Part shown: one piece after another, positions 24,569-36,348 of the stretch
Position numbering within the stretch: the first letter of the stretch is position 1
Layout of the letters: the number at the start of each line of letters is the position of its first letter
Source: Microbotryum violaceum
Lineage: Eukaryota
Length of the DNA: 64,000 bases
Assembly: GCA_001244265.2 (NCBI GenBank)
Contig: CDLV01000013.1
Location: 1-64,000, forward strand
Direction of reading: 5' to 3'
Notes under the pieces: model-generated
The model's database searches: none
Told to the model about the DNA's origin: nothing
What the model saw: only the letters and a program-made list of their open reading frames with translations
Program-made: the position numbers and the translations under genes

Positions 24569-26949
24569 ACCAGCTTCTGATGTAGATTGAATTAGTGGAG
24601 CAACTTAATGTTGAAACAATGGAAATGGTGTTTGCAAACTATAGTCGTCTCAATTGCGGTGGGTGAGAGTAATAACACCGTCTTCTAGAAAGAAATATTG
24701 TCAGACCTAATCTCTGGGCTGCGCCTGCCTTACTAAGCTCCTGCCGGGTGACTTGCGGGTGACTTTTCAATCGAAGCACATGCAACTGCTCGAGTACCTA
24801 GAATGTCTACCACGTGAAAATGGGTGAGTGAGTTCGATCACTATAGAGAATGTATCTTCTTCCGAACAAGACGGCTGGGCGGTTCACTCCCTCTGAGAAT
24901 TCCCGCTCGAAAGACTCGACTTTCTGCCATGGCGCCATGGCGCGGCCAGAGAACCTTTGCACCAATCCCCATCCCTGCTACTGAGACTTGCGCCTGTTTT
25001 AAGAAAAGCTTGGTGTCAAGGTCTCAAGATCAAGTCTATGCTTGACGGGAAGTCGGAGATCTTTTTTCCTCACCTCCTAGACTGCGCACACCGGTGACGA
25101 ACAAGACCTTTCATGGCGTCAAATCAATTAGATCCGCGCATACAGCAAACAGAGATGATGATGCAACTATAACCCTTAGTTAGGAGCTTCAGGAGACCCA
25201 TCCGGGCAGTCAGGTCAACGACTAGTGCACCGCTCGATGCTGCGACACTCTTCGGACGGCTCTCATGGCCGACAATACATCAGAGCCCGGGTAATATCAT
25301 AGAGTCATAATCTGAGAACATGCCTAACTCGAAGATCGCGATGAGAGCTGAATGGCCTCATACCGCCGAGTCTTTGTACATTCGGATTCGCCAGAAATGC
25401 CACTGACAATTCATCCTAGTGCGGCAAACTTAATGCAAGAATTCTCTCTGCTTTGAGCACTCACCATGTGGTCTGAGGATTGGCGGCCTATCTCATTGAC
25501 GAGAGGGGATGTTTCTCAAATAAGAGGTAGGTATGAGCGGCCCATCGAGAACTTTCCAGTTTCAGACGCTTTCAAGTCAGCCGCCAGGTACGGCTGCCGA
25601 TTTGCCACTGCATCGATTACTGTGTCTCGGAGTCAATTGGGTTTTTTGGTTCAAAAGCCTGTTACAAGCCTAAGCCTTCCATGTTCTCACCAAATATATT
25701 ATCGAGTACGACCCGCCTCTCATCAAGCACGTACTTTGTCGCTACTTCGCTACTGACGACTGATTTCCTACGTGTTCCGCTCCGCTTTTTTTTTTTTTTG
25801 TATGAAACTCATCGCTAATTTGCAAGACGAGAAAACCCCCTACGGAACTAAAGGAGATGCTACCCAGTATGCACGATGATGACCACAACCGCCGCTTGAT
25901 GCGTTGTAACTAGCAGAACAGACCAACCCGATACATTCGAGTTCAAGTCCCCCCACCCACGGTTGCTCCCTCCCAGAGACGAATGAAAGGAAGATTGAAG
26001 ATTATACACAAGGAATCGGGAAAAGATGGATGAGTCGTTGGTGATGGTACATGTGTTGTACAGGCGAATCCGATTATAGTTGTACAGTTGAACCTTCTTC
26101 GATCTTTTGACTTCAGCCCCCCCTGAGACCGCCATACTCCTTGAAGCCCCTTAATTCTTTGAGACGCGTCGAACAAGGCCTCCGATGGCACAAACATCCC
26201 GCTCAATCCAAATGATTCACGTGGTCCAAAGGGGGAATGTAACCCCTGCGACCGCAGCAATCACATACCCCTTGTACCCGTCTGCGCTGGATCTCCACCG
26301 CGGATTCCAAACCCCTTTTCGGTTACCAAAGTCCGCTTCATTTGTGCGTTCAGGCTCAGCTTCTTCTGGGAGCGCGCGCCGCTTGAAGTCAATCGGCCGG
26401 GGGTCGTCACCGTGGCCCAGCAGTTCTGATTGGCACTTTGGCGAAGACCGAGCCCGGCCAGATGCAACCCTTGCCCGTTCACTTTAGTGCTGATAGATGA
26501 TAAGAAGATGCTAACATACACTGCAATTTGTGGAATCGCGTTGCGAATTCTGTCCATTCATTCTTTGCTCAAAGAGTCACTTCCGGAAAGCAGACGCTCC
26601 GTCTGGACCACGGATCAGGGAGCACTCCATTCTCACAGGGCAATTCAACTCTACATAATACTTCGGAAACAAAACAGAACAAGAAGGATAATGTTTGTGA
26701 GCAGGATTACGTCACTGGCACATCCCACGTCAACAAGGAGAGGTCGGTCTCGAGCGACCCAGGGGAAGATTAGGCACGAAGGGCCAACGAACAATAACCC
26801 TCTCCGCCTTTAGTCACCAAGAGCCGGATGCATATGAAGGAAAACTATGACATAGCGACTGTGGTGGCCTGTGTTGTCCAACGAATTCTGGCCCTTCAGC
26901 ATGCGCGTCGACGAGTCCGGCTGGCCCTGAGCGCTCGGCCATCGTCACG

Positions 26950-29000
26950 TCACTCGCTGTCCTCGTCGGAGCTCGTGTTCCGAGTTCGTCGGTCAGCATC
27001 GCTGTCGCCACCTTCATCGCCGTCGGCCATTGCCTGGTCGGCAATTGACCCGATTACCTCTTCCTCCAGCATGAAGCTCAGCTCGCCTGCGCGCAGCAAT
27101 GGGATGATCCGATCCAGGTCGGGTCCCAACAACTTGAGCTTGCCACTCGGGCTTCGAAAATCCGCTTTGCGAAGGAGGGCGCCGCGCTGAACAATGATTC
27201 TGGCGTTGTCCCGGAGGGCCTTTACGTTATAGACGAACTTGGGCGATTGGATTTTCTCGCCGTCTAGTACGGAGCGTCGGCGCAGCGCGGACTCTGAAGA
27301 CAGTGAGCCGGGTCAAGATTAGGCACCGTGTATGGAAGAGTAGGCAGGCTGCACTCATTGTACTCACGGAACAATTCCTTGAGGATGAGGCTGTACCATT
27401 GGCGTTTGGTCTCAACGTTCTTGTCGGCCACGGGTGCGTTCCAAGCTGTGAGCAGACATTCGCTGATACATCAATTGACCTCTACTAGCTGTTGCCCTTT
27501 CCTGAGATCCGGTAAAATCTCGCCACTCACCGGCGCTGACAATGCCGGCCCGCTTGTCTGCTATAATCGCTGTGCCTGCGACGCAATGCGCAAAGTCGCG
27601 GACCAGCGGTCCCTGCCCCTTGTCGGCCCAACCCTGTCGAAGCGCAAACGCCGCCCCGCCCACGGAAGCGACCACAATGTGCTCCTTGTTGGTCTCAGGT
27701 AAATTCGAGGAGGCGATAGCAAACATCTCGATGCCGTAGTTGTCCGAAAAGATATTGGCCTTCCGAAAAGGGAACGGTGAAGAATCGATAAGCAAAAGGG
27801 CCTCCGATCTGAAGCTTGGACTCAGAAGGACTCTCACCAAGGATGTCAAGGATGCTTGCAGTCCCTGCCTCGCCTTTTTGATCATGGCCAGGTTCGTTCT
27901 GCTTCGAGGCTGCGGAGCCGATGCAAGGTGGGCCGCTCGAAGCGGTGGATCCGATGAAAGGTGCGCGGCCGCATCGTCCTCGGCCTGCTCCAATGCAAGA
28001 GCCGCGAGACACTCCGCCTTCTCAGCCTCACTGCTGCAGATTCTGTTCCAATACACGCGCGCTAGGTCCTTCCTTTGCATCAATTTGGTTGGAACTGAAT
28101 GTACTTCTAGAATGCATTGCTCAGCGTTGAGTTGGTCAGGATAGACGAGAAGGCCGAAGTTGAAGCGCTGGCTTACCGGTATGCCCGTCGTTGATCAGAA
28201 GCGCTGCAAAGAATCGACTTTTCTGAAAGTCGTTCCATGGGTTGCTCGCCGACAGCCGGCTAACGGGCGAAGTGACCTGTCTCAAGTCGTCCGGCCGAAT
28301 CTTATTCTTGATGCAGTATTCGAATTCTTCGTACAACCTCTGCACAGCCCACGCCTTATGTTGTTCTCGTTCCGTCTTGTTGGGGTTGCGCGTATCAGCG
28401 GAGTACGCCTGCTCGTATAGCTCCTCCGGCAACAGCCTCTTCGCCGGCGTCCAACTTGCTGTCCTCCGCTCGGTCGTCGAAGCCGGGAGCTTTTTCGGTG
28501 CAGCATTGGATGGTATTCCGGTCGGAGCGAACTGGTAAGGTGCTGTGGAAAGGAACGACTGATGGACCATCGAAACGCCGGCACCGTCCTCTGCAGACAC
28601 TGACTGCGGGGACGCTCGCGGGTGGTTCAGCGATGCGTGGCCTGCCTCCTCGTTTTGGGAAACTTGTGCGGCCCGCGACGTTTGGCGATCGTGAGCGGAA
28701 GGCTAAGTAGTATTTGGCAAACCTGCCGCGTCAAAGACAATACCCGTGCTGTCGGAATTGTTTCCTCCTTGTTCGACCATACTTGCGATGCTTGCGAGAT
28801 TGTTGCTTGTTGGCGGAGCTAGAGATGGGCCATCGATGCGTCCAGGATCGGGGAACGTGGGACGGTAAACTGGTTGATTGGACGAAGCAGATCCCGGAGA
28901 CGATGGATACTTGTACGTCGCAGGATTCGAGATGGCCGTTACGCCAGCAGAAGTGGACGCTGGATCGGGCGCACGACGGTGTAACGTCAGAACAGACCGA
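26950..29000 (-). CDS. Second (accessory) gene of the KDZ element, unknown function, multi-exon; 5' end uncertain, in-frame TAG at 28703-28705
   Basis: Linked minus-strand frames: low-complexity N-terminus, NPWNDFQKS, KDLARVYWNR, NYGIEMFAIASS, RQWYSLILKELF, acidic C-terminus ..SSDEDSE*. Confidence 0.6.
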
Positions 29001-30098
29001 TGCTATACGCGATCGACGCGACGGCCACCCACGGACCCGAATAGTCGTTATATGCGGACTGATAGGGAGTCCAAGGCAAGGTGCACGACTCGTACCTAGA
29101 GGCAGCTTATGAACCTATGTGTCAGATGTGATCGTGAGCCGGTAGTCCAGGCAGAGCACCCGTGTCGATCGGCGGCAAACATACTGCTGTTCATCGCCGG
29201 AGCGCCAAACGTTGGCTGCGATTTGGAAGGTGGTTGATGGGATTGACTCATCATGACAGGAGCAGCAAGACTATGACTGATCCGGTATTTCGAAGTGGGC
29301 GTTCGTTTCAGACTGTCGCAAGGTGACGGATGCTCGTTTCTAGTTCGTTACTTCGTATACGTAGTAGGGGGCGATTGAGCAAAGCAAAAGAATGGGCGGT
29401 ATGCGCGAGCGCGACGCGTCGCGGCCCTCTCCAGCGTCTCCGGAGTCGTGACGCGTCGACGTCCCGGCCAGTCCCGGCCCCAATTGTTCCGCGCGACCCG
29501 TGCCGAATCACGTGTTCGAGGTAGCGCTCTTGTTCAGCTTGCAGAGGACAATAGTAACTCTCAAAATATAGGCAAAAATCCGAATGCACTATTACTCGCC
29601 GACTGTGCCTTTGTTTCCAGGTTTTCCACCGAGTTATAGTGGGAGTGAACGTCTCGGTAGCTCGACATCGAGGTGGGCATACCTCAACGGGGCCAAGTCG
29701 GCGCCCTGGGGTAGCAAGGGTACACCCCGTTGGGGCAGTCACTTGGAAGGCACGTGAGGGGGCGCTGCGCGCGCGCCTGTTTAGGCGTATTTTTTATGTC
29801 TGCCCGAGGTGAGTTCCAGACGGCATGCGCCACATCCTTCTTCGGCCTTTGGACTTGGGCGGTGCCGCCGGAATCGAGGTGAAGATGGGTCAATCGTGGA
29901 GAGCTCGACCCCTTGGGTGGAAACGTTGGCCTCAGTGGTGGGTCGATTCGCTTGCCTTACTGAAAGGTTGCCATTACTGACGTGATAGCATCTGCGGGGT
30001 TCTGACCGGGCGGGTCCGAAAAAAGGGCCGCTCAAGTACAATGACAACACGTTCGCTCTTACCGGCTCCCCATGTTGACCAACACCGATGTTCGGAAA

Positions 30099-30294
30099 AT
30101 ACACACCAGACTCGGGTTTCAACGAGACGGCGTTCAAGCGCGTCGAGTCGCTCGGCTCAAGCACACAACAGGTCTTGCAGGGCCTTGACGGAGTCAGTGC
30201 GTTCAAGCGGGCCTGCAAGACCTGTTGTGTGCTTGAGCCGAGCGACTCGACGCGCTTGAACGCCGTCTCGTTGAAACCCGAGTTTGGTGTGTAT
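30099..30294. repeat. Long inverted repeat (83-bp arms, 30-nt spacer)
   Basis: 30099-30181 is the reverse complement of 30212-30294 with one mismatch. Confidence 0.95.
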
Positions 30295-31259
30295 GCGCAG
30301 TTAAACACGTTGGAAAACCCAGATGAGTCATAATCAACGTTTAGGAAGATGCGCAGAAGAGTAACCGTCTTCGGAAGGTTTACAACATCCTAGCGGTCCT
30401 TCAGCTCGACGATCCTGACCACCTCGTTGTCGACCTCGACGGCGGACGCTCTGTCGAGATGAATCGCGAGTCCGAGCGAAGTCCGCCGATGGATGTTGGC
30501 GTTAGCGCAGTACAGATCTGACGGTATTAAGGAGTTGGAGCAGCTTGTAATTGGGCGGTTGAAGACGCTTTTGTGTGTGTTTTTCGAGACTGTTAGAGTC
30601 GGGTGGTGCGGGCGGTGATGGTGTCTTCAGGAACCTGGCGTCGGTGCGCTCGTGATGCTCGATCGATGGCTCATGTAGGTTGGTGAGCATCGGATGACAG
30701 CCCAATTCCGCGCCTCCGTCAAGTAAAAGTGTAAGATGTGCTGTTTCACGTGTCTCGCCCAGGATGCTGAACGCGTCAAATCGTCTCGATCGGCTTCAAG
30801 TTTGCTTTGAACGGCATCGAACGGGATCAGCGATTGAGAGCGCGTCTTGCGGTGACGTGGCAAACTACATTGCGTTGGTTCGAAAGCCGAAGAATTGAGG
30901 ACGTTAGGCATAGACCAAGATAGGTAGAGGGCCGAGAAGAGCTCCATGCGATTGTCGCGCCGCGGGCAACACGTGACTTCTGCTAACTTCCCGTGCTCAA
31001 GCGCGTGCGCGCGCCTGAAGTTGGCGAAGTTGCACTCCCTGAATACCTCCAGCATCCTAGAAAAAGAGAAGAAAAATCCAGTACTGTTTGTGCCCTCGTC
31101 GTGCCTGACTAGCTTGACTCGCCTAACGCGCCGGGTGGTCGCCTCGGCAACCGACCAGTCACGTTCATCGTCGGTCTCCGACGCGCGCAGCTTTCTTCCG
31201 CCGTTACCTCCTTCCACGCGAGTCTGCACAGCCTCCACACACCCGCGCGTCATTCAAGC

Positions 31260-33868
31260 ATGGTGAACAAACAACGTGCTCGGCTTTCGCCCAAGGCTCC
31301 ACTCAACACATCTCTAGCTAGCAAACGCCAGACTCGAAGTGCTACGCACGCGTTGTTGAAGCTGAAGTTGGAGCACTGCGAGGTTGAGTCACCACCCCCC
31401 GTGGAGTACTTGCCCCTGAGCGCCGCCGCACATCCACTCAACGCATTTCCATGCAACGAGGAACATACGGTCGAGCAAAAACCGCTTGTATGTAAATGCT
31501 CTGCTGCCAGGCCCGTTCTGAGTTGCTGACCTGCTGATGGATGGCTTGTCGGCTCCACGCGCCGCTTCTGACCCGCCACAGGCTACCTTGCCGGTGAAGC
31601 CAACGGCATGGACCCCTCCTTCACCCGCGCCATCGGACTCGTGCTCGGATTCATCGGACGGCTCGCAGCGCTCTGACCCTCTCTCGTCGCCAAGTGGGGG
31701 GGAGCCAACGCGCACTCGGGCTCACTCTCTCACGGTTAAGAGGCTTATGTCGTCCGATCTCGACATGAATGTCGACCGCTTCTTCATCGAAGACGAGATT
31801 GTTCCGCGAGTCGTGATCTGTAGTGCGTCTGACTTGGTGCGCTCGGCACTTGGGTTCGACGGAACACAATTCAAACGCCAGGCGCAGGATGCTCTTGCGC
31901 GCCCCGGACGATCAGAAGTACAAGTCCTGTTCGACAAGGATTGCCGACGTTCGCAGGATCAACGGGTGGCAGATTGGGTCTTACCACTCGCTGAGTTTGT
32001 GAGTGCCATATTCTGAATGACGACTTTGTCGAAGGCCACATGTCACGACTCTGATCACATCTCTCGCTTTGCAACTCGCATCGTCGGCACAGGCATCCGG
32101 TGGACCCCATCGGCAAAGCAACTTGAAGCTCGCATACGCCGAACGGCAGGCTCGGTTGACCTACAGAGAGGGAGTCTATCATCAAGACCATGTGGAACGA
32201 CATTACTTTTTGACGTGCTGCGACGAGCCTGGGTCGAAGAACGGTAGAGCTGGCACGCATAGCATGCTCGTCCCATTGGCTTTTGGTGCGCCTCAGCCAC
32301 CCGGGTTTACCGTTCCCCCTCTCATCAATGTCGTACTCGACCTGGCACGAGATGCGCTCAAGCAGCCGGCCCGCATGTATGCGCCAGGATTGGCTATCCT
32401 CGACAACGAAGCTCATCTCGTCGTATTAGATCATGAGGGGTGCCGTATTGCGATCATTCCCGATTGCTGGGGCGAGGGCTTCGGCGAGCTGGCTTCCGTG
32501 CTTTCCGTTCTGCTCGGACTGGACGTTTATTCGGCGGGAGCGTCTCCGTTCTTTCGCTACACGCTTCACCTCAAGACCGGCATCACTCCCGTCGCTTTCC
32601 GCACACTATACCTTCGCCCGTCCGAGCTCGAAGCAGATGCTCCCCTGTTCGGTCGCACCGTCGAGTTCGTCGCCGAGGAGCCTATCGAGCTCGTCGAATG
32701 TCGAGTCGCAGGGCGCAGCTCCATCTTTGGACGCTGCACGGTCATCTTCGAGCTTACGCGTCCCAGCTTGGCGCAAGGGTCATCGTCGACGTCAGGTCTG
32801 TCGCCGTCGTTCGTGCTCAAGATCCAGCACGTAAATCAGAAGTCCAAAGGCTGCGAAGCCGATGTCCTAGACAAGCTCGTCCAGTGTTGCGCTTCCCACG
32901 GCGGCCCGTCGTCGCTGCTCATTGAACGACACATCCCGCTGCCCGAGAAGGTCACGTCACTCGGTCTTCATCGATCACAAATGGACGACAGCGCCTTGCC
33001 CGTACTCATGGACCCGAACTATCCCAAACGAAGCCTGGAAGAGTCGTCTCGGCGTACGCTCGAGGTGTTGATCGTGCGCAATCCTACGCCGCTACCGATG
33101 CGCGTCGACACTGGCCGCGGTCCTCAGTACAAACTCTCCCAGGCCTGCGAGGTCTTTGACCAGCTCCTTACGCTTCTGCCCGCGCTCTGGGATCTCGGCA
33201 TCCACCATCGTGATTTGTCGCTCGGCAACATCCTTCACTACCAAGGCCATCTTGTTCTGGTCGATTGGGACTCAGCCATCGTTGCCGAGCCGGGTGCACG
33301 CGTCCCTATCGGTGCCGACGACGCCGGCTCGCTCAGGGTTACCGTTGACACCGCTTCTCACCAAGCCTTAGCGTACCTGGTAAAATATTTGAACGCTTGG
33401 AAAATGCCCAGTTTGCCCTCGCATGCTCTTCACCACGACTTCGAGTCCTCCATCTATTGGTTCCTCTACGTTTTGTACTGGTACATCGGTCCATCGGTCT
33501 CGGCGGAGTCGTGGAAAGAACTACAAATCCGCCCACTGGCACCGTCGGAGGCGAACGTTGGGTCCTTTTGCCTCGATCTTACGCGCCTGGAGCTCTGGGA
33601 GGGGGGGCGTCATCCCAAATCACGGCAAGAGTTCCTCGAGGATCTGGCAAATGTGGATACTGAGCTCCACGATTTGGTCAACTTCATGACGTGCACTCTT
33701 CCGGGCAACCTACCTCCCGTCGGCACGAGTGAGGCGCGACACGAACTAGCTGTCAAGCAGAAGATGGTGGAGCTGCAGGCCGAGTTGCGACGCATGCTGA
33801 AAGCGGCGCAGCGGCCTGATTATGGTGGTATTCTGGGTCGTTTCCGCAGGTTACTGAACCTGCAGTAA
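31260..33868 (+). CDS. FunK1-type (fungal-type) protein kinase, copy 2, apparently intact (3 exons)
   Basis: HHRDLSLGNIL, LVDWD, SIFGRCT, HALHHDFES. Introns at ~31487-31580 and ~31999-32092 join the frames without stops. Confidence 0.85.
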
Positions 33869-34390
33869 TACGGTATTGTCCCCGATTGAAATCCCATTTC
33901 GTCGGCACAAGCTGCCCCTGTTTTTATTGGGACCACGCACTCAAATCACACAGGAGGCCGGTCCGCCGTTCAGTCATCCGCCTCAGAATTCTCGCATCGA
34001 ACACTGGTAAGCTTGGCTACATGCTACACGACCATAGATGTTTCATCTGTAGCGTTCCTTCTCGATACCGCTCTTTCAAAACCGGAGTATCCCATCCCTG
34101 CCCGGTGCAGAGTTTTGGATGGGTTAACAATTTATTGGGTTCTCGGAGACCAATTCGTCAACCCTGCCGCTGTACAGAGGACGCCGACTCGATCGCACGC
34201 CTGCGACACCCACGAACGGGAGTGAGAAAAGTCGGCGCTAGAGCAGCATCACCTCGGCCTCATCCACTCGGGCTTAAATACGTGCGGGCAAAAGTTACTA
34301 CAGAACCAGGTGAGGATTCAGTGAGGTCATCAGTTTTGGACCGGACATTCGAGTCACATGCGGATCGACATCGCCAAATCGGCTACACGG

Positions 34391-34746
34391 GCAACCCTCA
34401 ACCGCACGGAATCCATGTGGCTATAATCTGCCACGGTGACCATCTGCAAAAGCTCGATGTTTTCCTGCTGGATTCCTTATGAGATGCAAGATATTTTAAC
34501 ATCGAATTGTCAGAAATTGCGAGGGATGACAATGTATTGGGCAGAACCGCTGACCAAGGGCAAACTTGAAGGGCCGAAGCGCACTCGCGAGTCCATGATT
34601 AAACCATCTTCACCCCAAATGCCATATTATGGATACAGTGTCATCCCTGGCACACGTTGCTGTTGTCAGATCTTGCATCTCATAAAGCCAACGATGGTCA
34701 CCGCGGCAGAGCATCGCCACATGGATTCCGTGCGGTTGAGGGTTGC
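34391..34746. mobile_element. MITE/foldback-like non-autonomous element
   Basis: ~54-bp TIRs (gcaaccctcaaccgcacggaatccatgtggc...), plus two inner inverted blocks (ttatgagatgcaagat; gggatgacantgtat). TSD not clear. Confidence 0.7.
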
Positions 34747-35630
34747 GCGGTGGTAGGCCCTCGGAAGCCGCCTTGCCGCGAGTAAGACTCGTCACCAAAT
34801 TTTCAACTGCTAAGGCCAAGAACCTATCGGGCACTGCAGCATCAGATTGTACTTCTCTCCTCTCTCGGGTAAAAGAGAAGACAAATCAGGGTAGAACGAG
34901 CAAGAAAGCGATTGGGTCCGCAAAGTGGTGCGAGGCTCGGGCGCCGCCCCGGACGAGCTGCCTGGCCAAAGATCATAGTCGGATAACGTTTGGTCACGCT
35001 GGGGATTGTCTAAAAATCGGTATGGTTCTTACCATCACAAGGGGCCAAAACGATTCAAAGTGTTTTTCAATTGGCCATTCTTCCAACGCGATCCAGCTCA
35101 AACGATCGGTCTCAATCACCCGTTACCGACTGCCTTTCGACTCCCCTGACCACTCGCGCGAGTTGTAGCGGAATAGTGGTTCGAGTTGCAGCAAGACGAA
35201 GGAAAACATTGGTGTGTACACAAAAAAAAAAGCTCAACAAGAACCACGATCAAACGACTGAATCTCAGCAAATTGAAATAAAGAGCCTCAGAAACCCGGT
35301 CAATGGGGACGGTGGTTGAGATCACAATTTGGAGCTTTTCGACCAAAGCTTCTAGATGTCAGTCGGGCTGAAACTGATGTTGGAGAGGTCCATCGATCGG
35401 CTCAGCATACCTTTTCGACAAGACAAGTCACTGTATAAGGACGGATCGGCGCAGATGGCCCGAGATCGAGGAGGCAAAGGGTCTGCTGAGAGCTATGCAA
35501 TTAACGTGCTGACCAACAAGGGCTACAGAGATATATGCCCGTACAACTAAGTTGTAGGAATAGGAATGTAGAGCACATGTCGCAACAAGCGCAGATGTAT
35601 CCAGGCACTCACCCCGAGTTACTCGAGGCG

Positions 35631-35700
35631 GGGAGAAAGGGTCCGTGCGCGCGAGCCTGAATCAGCGCGTCAAATCCTTGCAGCAACAGCCGAAAAGACC
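35631..35700 (+). repeat. ~70-bp direct repeat, copy A (copy B at 40106-40178)
   Basis: ggtccgtgcgcgcgagcctgaat..gcgcgtcaaatccttg..agccgaaaagacc at both sites. Confidence 0.9.
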
Positions 35701-36348
35701 ACGGCGCTCAGTGGTCGCTCGTCGAGCGTCTTGTGTCGGCCAAGTAATACGACGAATAGTCTCCGACTGGTGCCGATCTCTATTGATGAACATAAATAAT
35801 GTATGATGAGCCAGCAACAGGCGATGTTGCGAGCGAGAATAGTTGGCTCTAGTAAGACGTCGGAGTGAGTCCCACCGCACTCGCCTTTCGACTCGCTCGG
35901 CGCGCCCATTGGTCGCCTTTGGCAACCAAAGGCTCCAGCCGTTGCAGGCTGTTGCCGGCAGGCACGGGTCGGTGCGCCAACACCTGGTTGAGATTCCATG
36001 CTATGACTTGAGCTCGGCGTAACGCCCCCACAGATTCCTGGTACTCTTTTCAGGCAATCCAGCTTCACGGCCGTCCAAGACCTCGTGTGCCTCGCTCTTC
36101 TCAGCGAAGCACTCGAACTCCTGACCCAGTGACACACCCAAACGAGCCGATTGGCTTGCCATCGTACGCCGTAGCGTCAGCCTCGGCCGGCGATTGCCTG
36201 CCCGCCAGCTTGACGGCGCACTCAGCGCAGCCACAAGGTGACAAACTACGGCAGCCCGCTCACTGTTACATCTTCACTACGTGCGTTACTTTTCACAGCC
36301 GGTACGGACCTCAAGCAAGACTGTTGATTAGCTCCGATCCGTGTGGCC

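Larger units (their letters stand above)
20266..29811. mobile_element. Complete KDZ (Kyakuja-Dileera-Zisupton) DNA transposon, 9,546 bp
   Basis: TIRs 20266-20387 and 29690-29811 (122 bp, about 6 mismatches; CACCTCGGG...CCCGAGGTG); identical 8-bp TSD AGTTCCAG at 20258-20265 and 29812-29819; internal KDZ transposase. Confidence 0.95.

Noticed and set aside
20266..29811. TET/JBP dioxygenase cargo in the KDZ element
   Set aside because: No recognisable 2OG-Fe(II) HxD...H motifs by eye; a profile search is needed to exclude a decayed copy.
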